NCBI GenBank assembly: GCA_012295275.1
Contig: CM022673.1
Location: forward strand, 3,348,001 to 3,412,000
Origin: Chrysomallon squamiferum
Taxonomy: Eukaryota; Animalia; Mollusca
Reading direction: 5' to 3'
Length of the DNA stretch: 64,000 nucleotides
Shown: positions 15,191 through 64,000 of the stretch, piece by piece
How the letters are laid out: each line of letters begins with the position of its first letter
Position numbering within the stretch: position 1 is the first letter of the stretch
Translations under genes and position numbers: made by a program
Notes under the pieces: model-generated
Databases searched by the model: none
Seen by the model: only the letters and a program-made list of their open reading frames with translations
What the model was told of the DNA's origin: nothing

Positions 15191-15798
15191 GAGGATGGAA
15201 GCATTGTGTCTGTATATATTTAACAAATAAAAAGAAAAAAATTAAATAAATAATAAAAAAAAGAAATAGAACGAAAACTGCGTCGAGGACGTTGTCTTGT
15301 TTTTCGTGATGGTTGTTGTTGATTGCCCCCGGAAAACAAATTTAATCGCATTCTTAGAGGCATTTTTCATTGTCACGGTGTATTGATGAGGCAAAAATAG
15401 ATTTTCAAAATATTTCTGGTTGCACAATTTTGTTAGTTTTTTTTTTTTTTCTTTTTTTTTCAGTTTTTTCTTTTGTTTGATTGATTGTTTTGTTTTCTTA
15501 ACATTAATTGTGCTATAATTTATCGAAATCAAGGGATAAATAATTGTAACAAATAAGATAAACCATCTAAGCATATATATATATATGTTTATTTATTTTA
15601 TTTATTTTATTATTATTTAATCATGTGTTATTTAAACTGATTGACTGAATGGACCTAAAAACGTTTAGCAATGAGAGTTATGAAACGATCGAGTCAGTAC
15701 ACATTTGCAATAATTTTCGATTTACTGATTCATCAGTTTGTTCATTTATTTATCAGAACGTTTTTATTTTCTTTCCTTTTCAAAATTTTTATTTATTT

Positions 15799-15880
<82 letters not shown>

Positions 15881-18458
15881 TAAATTTATTTTATATATAT
15901 ATTTTTGTATTATATTTTTTTTATTATTATTATTATTTTCATTTAGAGGTGGTTATAATTTCACATAAGTACTGTTCCTTAATCATACAGGTTATACTTT
16001 CTAAACATACCTATTTTCAGATTTACAGTTACATAATACAGGAGTAACAAAAAAAAAGTTTTCTTTGCACAGCAACTGTTATCTCGAATTGTTAAAAAAC
16101 GCTTGGACCACACTGTAAGACGCTTGCAAAACTTTTGGCACGAGACTGTAGCGAATATGCCGCACGTTGCATTCGGAAATGAAGCGACTGATAAATTTAC
16201 TTGCTACTTAACCCATCGACACTAAAGAACTGGGGATTATGTCAGGGATCTTCCTAGGTCCTTGAAGTCTACTTAGGCGGGTTGGGGAGTTGAAAGTTTA
16301 GTTCTGGCAAACAGGGAAAGTAAACAGAAATGGAAGAACTATGTTTTTCGGCTGTAATAAAATAGAACATTTTCGGTGTGCTCTTGTACATCTCGTTCAC
16401 ATCTAACGAAATGCGTTCACAAAATACTGTTATTCATGTGAAATGTTTGTTGTCAAAAATTTATACGAAAAAGAAAAACGTTAACCGAAGATGCAAAATT
16501 AATAAATTAATGCATATCTGTCTAATGCAACTAATAATATTAATTAAGTAATATATGGCTAGAATGGGAAATAACCTCTTGCGAATTCAGTATAATTAAA
16601 CCTGTGATCAGTTAGCAAGAATGGTTGTACTATGAACAGGATAGCATAAATGTAATAATAATAACAACATCAACAACAACAGTAATGATGATGATGGTGA
16701 TAATGATGATGATGATGATTTTGCTAATTATGACAAAAAAGACATGTGAAAGACTATTTTTATTGCGAATCAGAATAATTATAATAATAATAACTGCAAC
16801 AGCAACAACAATAATAGTAATAGTAAAACTAACAGAATTACTACCAGTAGTGGTAGTAATAACAATAATAGCAGCAAATAATAAATAAATTACTAAACGA
16901 ACAAACACATAAAATAAAATAATGAAAAAATAGCAAGTTTCCTTTCTTCACAGATCATAATAATGAGGCACTTAATCATACGTTCATCGCCTAATAACCA
17001 TAGAATTCAGTTATGTTCCTGGCATCTTCAAATAAAGCATTTATTTTTCATTTATTTTTGTTTCGTTTATGATCTTTTTCTGTTCTTTATTCTTTTTTTT
17101 TCTTTTTCTTTTTCGATTTTGTTACTTTTTTTTTTTTTTTCTTTTGAGAGAGGGTGTGAATAAATCTTTTAAAAAACAACAAATAAAGACACTTTCAGCT
17201 TAACGTTTCAAGTGATTAAAATCATGCCTTAACAAGAACTCATTAGGCCGTGGGAAGGTTTAGCAAAGGTTTCGGCACTTTCATAACGTCGTTTTACTGC
17301 ACTTCACGATAAATGGTCGAATCGCAACATTGTGACAACGTTGAGAAACTCGGCATATTTCGCTAATACGTTACGACAGTTACACGGCTACGAGCCTTTG
17401 ATGCGGGGTCGTAGTGTTACCGTAATGTACGTCAAAGAACAATCGTTGTTACGTTAGGTCACCGATCGGCTTGTTCCGGCTAATCTGCTGTGTATGTAAA
17501 ACCATGTGTATACAACGGCCATGTGATACTGAGATGTAAGGTTTATTTAGAAAAAAAAGAAAGAAAAGAGAATGAAGATTTATCTAATCAGAACTGTTCT
17601 AGCTGAGTTGCTGTTATTGAATACTGAAAATCGATACAGCAGTTACAAGTCTTTCACACCCTTTTGTCCAATAAAGCGAAATGCTGTATCATGTAAGTAT
17701 ACATACATAACCTGTCATAAATCAATAGTGTGCCATTGACAGGAACAGACAAAGAACAGAAAACAGATCCTGCGATACATCATGCCTAAGACCGCTTTAC
17801 AATGTGCATCCATTTTTAAAAAACAGTATCACCCTGAGCAGCATCATCATCAACAACAACAACAACAGCAACAATAATAATAATCATAATAACCACGAAA
17901 TATGAATGAAACAATATATCTTTAAATTTAAGGTGTATTTTAAAACTAAAAAGTAGTACTACTGCTATTACTACTGTTTCTCCTACTGCTACTAATTCCA
18001 CAAGTGCAACTACTACCACTGCTACCAACACTATTAATTTAATAGGTAATAATTCAACGAATGTATATCACACAGAAGATTTTCTGTTATGTTTTTTTTA
18101 TATATATATATATATTTCTCACGATGAAAGGAGATGGGAAACCAGCTTTCGTATGGTGTGGACATCTTTCATAAGTTCTTTCCAATAGAAATGAAAACAT
18201 ACATATCAACTCTATGGTGAAGAAAAAAAAAAAAAAAAAAAGTTCGCACAGAGGAGAATTGATCCCGTGAACACGTTGTATCTCTTCGTTTTACCGTTCG
18301 TTCAGATTCGGAATCACGATCAGCGACTCGTTAATGTTGTTTTTTTCTATTAATAATAATGACCGTTAAATCATAAAAGCACCAACTGCGTCTTTAAGCG
18401 CAGAGCAGGAAAAAAAAAAAAAAAAAAGAAAAAGCAGTTCAAAAATGTCGTTTTGTGA

Positions 18459-18780
18459 TATAAAAGGTTTCTATGATTAAACGACCACAATGGCGACAAT
18501 TTTAACTTTCTCTTCGTATGATCAAGATGACTTTCTGGACAGGTGTCTGAGGGGAACGCACGTCGAATGGACCAGACAGACTGGATAGTCGGGTCCGGAG
18601 AACACAGGGAAGCTAAATGATGGAGGGTAGGAGTCGCCGAATCGTGACAGGCTGGTTAGAGAGCAGAGTTAAATTAAGATATGAAAACATGATCTGGTCT
18701 TTCGGAATCTAACAGAAAGGACTATTATACCTGACGATCGGGACAGAAGTACGCAGTGGTAGAGAGATACTGCGATTCAG
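18459..18780 (+). promoter_or_regulatory. Candidate TATA box and non-coding first exon of the plus-strand matrix gene
   Basis: TATAAAAG at 18459, then a GC-richer segment ending in a CAG|GTAAAT donor at 18780. The coding exon at 20525 has an acceptor 10 nt before the ATG, implying an upstream UTR exon. Confidence 0.35.
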
Positions 18781-18852
18781 GTAAATTGTGCTGTTTTTAT
18801 TTCATTTCATTTTATTTTATTTTATTTTATTTATTAATGAATTAATTTATTT

Positions 18853-18883
<31 letters not shown>

Positions 18884-19183
18884 TATACATAAATATAATA
18901 GCGATTATCTAGATTACGGCCTCATTAATCATTATAATCATAATCCTTTCCAGTTATCGCCATCAGTATCAACTTCATCACTGTTAAATCTTAATTTTTA
19001 CTTCTATTGCTCCTATTATTATATTTAAAATCTGATGTTTCTTAATGTGTAATTTTTAATGAAGATATTTAAAAAACATCAGTTAATTAGCAGCTGTTGC
19101 TACTACTACCACTATTACTAATATTAATACATCTACCACCACCAATTCTTAAAACTACTACCAGTGCTGTTGCTGCTATTATC

Positions 19184-19255
<72 letters not shown>

Positions 19256-19879
19256 GGTTTACTAACCTGTGGAAAATAACAATATCGATACAATAATAAA
19301 CTAAACAATATATGAAAAGGAAAAGGAAATTAACTGATTAAGTAAATAAGTACAGTAAGTAAATAAAATAAATAAATAAATAAATAAAACACCACTTATT
19401 TTTATCCAAAAGGTGCAGGTTAATTTGAAGAATAAAACTGAGAACGACGGAAAGATAAGGAAAATACCAGCTTATATCGGCTTATGTTTATATCAAGCAT
19501 TACACAATCTCAGTCCTACTACACTACGGTTTATGCAAGAAATGATCATAGCTACATTCCACGACTGTTAATAACGCAGCCAGATTTTATTTTCGGCTTG
19601 GCATATGTCATACGTTGCGATGCTTTAAAATTGGAATTAAACTCTAAGTAGCTTCAGCAATTTGACGAAGGTATTTGTTGACAAGGCTTCACCGTATTAC
19701 CAGATGAAGGAATCAGTACAAGTTAAGGATGGAAGCAGCAGAACGCCGGATATCAAACTCTGCCACAGTTGTCACTGATACTGTACAGTGAAAAAAAAAA
19801 AAAAAAAAAAAAAGAATAAAGTAAATTAAACGATGGAGCTATTTCAGAGATCGTACTTTTACATTAAGCATGCAATATA

Positions 19880-19950
<71 letters not shown>

Positions 19951-20534
19951 TCTCGCTCAATTAGTTTTTTCTCTTGTGTATATTTATCTATCTGTCTCAC
20001 TGTATTTCAGTTCCAGTGAAACACATTATATTAATTAAACCTGCGAACTGTCGATTTAGTGGAACATTAATGTTAGTGACTGAACTACAATTAGTTGTAT
20101 GCTAAGTACGTAATTTGAAAAACTGGTTTATTTTAAACAGTGCTGAATGACACTTTCTTTTATTGTTTCTTTTTCATCTAAAAACAAGAATAATGTATCT
20201 CAAATTATACATTCGCTTTTTCTGAGACTGACTTGTCCAATAACTGAAGGCTTTTAAGACCATTAAAAAATATATATAAAGAAAGAAAAAGAGAAAAAAG
20301 GATGTTTATTTCTGGCTGAATCCAATGCCGTACGCTTGATTTTTCAATGGATATGGTATTTGAACGTACGCTAATTAATACAATCATCCGATTACTTAAT
20401 TAAACATGTATTTACTTGCATAATACTGTATTCTCTTCATAAGCCCTCAATATCGGTCAACGTGCGGCAGAAGAACTGCTTCAAGATAATTATTTCCATA
20501 ACACAGAACTAAATTACATTTCAGATATCAGAAG

Positions 20535-40437
<19,903 letters not shown>

Positions 40438-41086
40438 AAAGTTTGCTATGAGACGTCGAAGCAGTTTTACGACGGTACAGACATATTCAGCTAGAATTAA
40501 GTATTGATCTACGTGCCTTAATTTATTTATGTTGTATTTATTATACGTTTCTGTAACTGATGCTACTACAGTCTCAGATGAAATTTATCATTAATTTAGA
40601 AGTACATTAATACCAGCTAACTTGAGACTTTTCTGTTTTAGTGATAACATTTAAATGTTTTTAAGCAGTAACTTGTGGCTCTAAAACAGCTTATTTGATT
40701 TTTTTATTTAGTTATTTATTTATTTACACCTATCTGAATTTTTCAGAGTATACAATTATAAGTTTTAGAAACAATAATTATGAGTACTCATATTGGTTCA
40801 TATTTAATACTTAATGTCGATTTGTAAAAATTAGTAACGATTACAATATTTTGATGTAGAACAGATATTTTAATTATTTTCAGTTCCTAACTCTGCTTAT
40901 AAAACTTTTCAAATTTTATGACGATTGCTAGTAGTTTTAGTCTACAACATTTTATTTTAAATTAATTTCTAGTACTACTTTTGTTCTTAATTTACGATGA
41001 AACTTATATATTTGCCAAAGGTAAAACTATATAGATATTTTCCCCGACGTTTGGTATATTTGATATCTCAGTGGTCATTAAAATGA

Positions 41087-41106
41087 AATAAAAACTGCAC
41101 AATAAA
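41087..41106 (+). terminator. Candidate polyadenylation signals of the plus-strand gene
   Basis: Two AATAAA (41087, 41101) about 650 nt after the stop, followed by a T/GT-rich tract. Confidence 0.45.
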
Positions 41107-42778
41107 TTCAGAATAATTATGTTTCATTTCTTTCATGTTTTGTTTATGCTGTGTGTGTGTATGTACATATATATATATATTATTTTAATCTTTCAAAGCA
41201 ATATTATTATTGGAATGTTAGCTTAACGTAGATAATGCAAGATCTAATTTTTCCCCAGTAAGTTCACTATATTAATTCCCATTCCAGCATGTGTTGGATG
41301 ACCAGTGCATCAAAAATCTTAAGTGTGTTTTCATAATTATTTGAAAGTGAATTTAGAAAATGAGAAACAATGAATTTAAATGGTGAATACAAAAGGATTA
41401 TCATATACAATATGTTCGTATAATTATTCTTGCACTTTATAGAAACAACAACAATAATAAATAAATAAATAAATAAATAAATAAATACTACTTATCCCCC
41501 TCTTCTTCTTCTTCTTCTAATAATAATAATAATAATAATAATAACACAATTATATTCGTTATAATGTAAAGAATTTCTAAAAATAGTGGTGGCAGAAAAC
41601 TAAAAAGACAAAACAGAAAAAATAATACGAAAATATAAATATTTATTACTTTATAAAAAGTCTTATTTTAAGAAGTAAAATAGATAAAAATGTTTATACA
41701 ACAAGATAAAGTACAAAATGATAAACTATGATACAATTATATAAGGTCAAAAAAAAAAAAAAAAACTAAATAATAATTGGTATCGATTAATTAATTAATT
41801 AACTGAAAGGAAAAAAAAAAAAAAAAAAAAAAAAAAGAAATAAATAATAATAATGATTTTAAAAATGATATTATTAATATAATAAATAAATTCTAATATA
41901 CAAACGAAAGCCTATAACTATTAATAAATATTATTAAATAAAAAGCATATTACACTGCTCTGAAAATCATATTACAACGGTTACATGTGAAAATATATTA
42001 CAATAATTCAAGTACCAGATCAGCAACAGTTGTCGTTGTTGTTTCAAAGATAAACACTCCTCCGTAAATTATAGATTATACATAAGTACTGAATACTAAC
42101 AGATACAATTAAAAATAAAATTAACAAAGAATAATGTTTATATACTAGAATATGTATATGTATTAAATCGATCAAAATGGAATTTGGGTGATGCAACGCC
42201 CTTTTATTATGTGATACAATTAAACAATTTTTTCTCTTTGTTTTAATCAATCTAATATCGAGCTTAGTTACAGAAAATAGTCATAAATAATTTTAAATGA
42301 GGTATTATGTTAATAAATGATAATTAATGAATTTTCCTTTTACTACCAAAACAGATTATAAAATTCCAAATAAATTGAGAAGTAGTTGTCTGTCACATAC
42401 CAGGTCAAACTCACCCCAATTCTGTTGGTGATTTACTATGTGTGTGTGACTGTGTTTGTGTGCTTGAGTGCGTGCGTGTATGTGTGTGCGTGTGTGTGTG
42501 TGTTTATATGTGTATATATATAAAATCAGTTCTTTATGGTACTAATAATAACAAGTATTGCTGAAATAGCTATTTCAGTACACAGCGTTCACTTCTTGAT
42601 CAACGAATAGAAATAATAACATGTTCTGTATTAAAATAGACACAAAGTACACATAACTATACACAACCCATCCCCTGTTCTGTCTCCTATTTTCTCCAGT
42701 AAAACTGTTCTACGTTAGAATGCTATGTCAAGTTTGGTACATCCGATTCCTTCCTCACCGTCCTTTGAACTTTGCAAA

Positions 42779-63712
<20,934 letters not shown>

Positions 63713-64000
63713 CTGAAATAAATAAATAAAACTGATGAGTGAGAGAACGGATATATAACTAAGAAAATAAATTTAATAAAGTAATGAATTACAAAAGATC
63801 CAGAAAGATAAATAAATGGATAAAAATGAAAAATTCATACGTATGTACGAATAATTACATGTGATAAGTATAACTGTGAATTAATAAATTATAACAAAAT
63901 TCCCTCCAGAACAAACCAAACAACCCAAAAGTCAGCTAAATAAAATCATCAACAGAAAGATTAAAAACAAAGAAAGAAAAGATATAAATATAGTCAAACA

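Noticed and set aside
14834-15204. Opposing 117-aa and 111-aa ORFs
   Set aside because: Explained by local GC richness of a promoter-like region; no motif or splice support.

Overview
AT-rich, microsatellite-dense animal genomic DNA with spliced genes, most consistent with a mollusc (inferred from the gene content). I reconstructed three genes by hand from splice signals and frame continuity. (1) The first four coding exons of an HGSNAT/TMEM76 homolog on the minus strand (14704 down to 330, running off the left edge). (2) A complete plus-strand gene (ATG 20535, stop 40437, 26 coding exons, about 2060 aa) for a secreted modular protein: signal peptide, Gly-rich SSEE-repeat region, GGKSSGGIST repeats, 2 TSP1, 7 cysteine-free Ig domains, 7 TSP1, 3 chitin-binding-type Cys modules, and a LamG/ConA-like domain. 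(3) The 3' part of a convergent minus-strand paralog (63712 down to 42779, more than 2750 aa in the window) with 4 Cys-free Ig, 34 TSP1 (18 of them in one 3168-nt exon) and the same chitin-binding + LamG end. That C-terminal cassette is the one known from molluscan Pif/BMSP-type shell-matrix proteins, but here it is fused to TSP1/Ig arrays instead of vWA domains. Most short ORFs in the supplied track are microsatellite artefacts.
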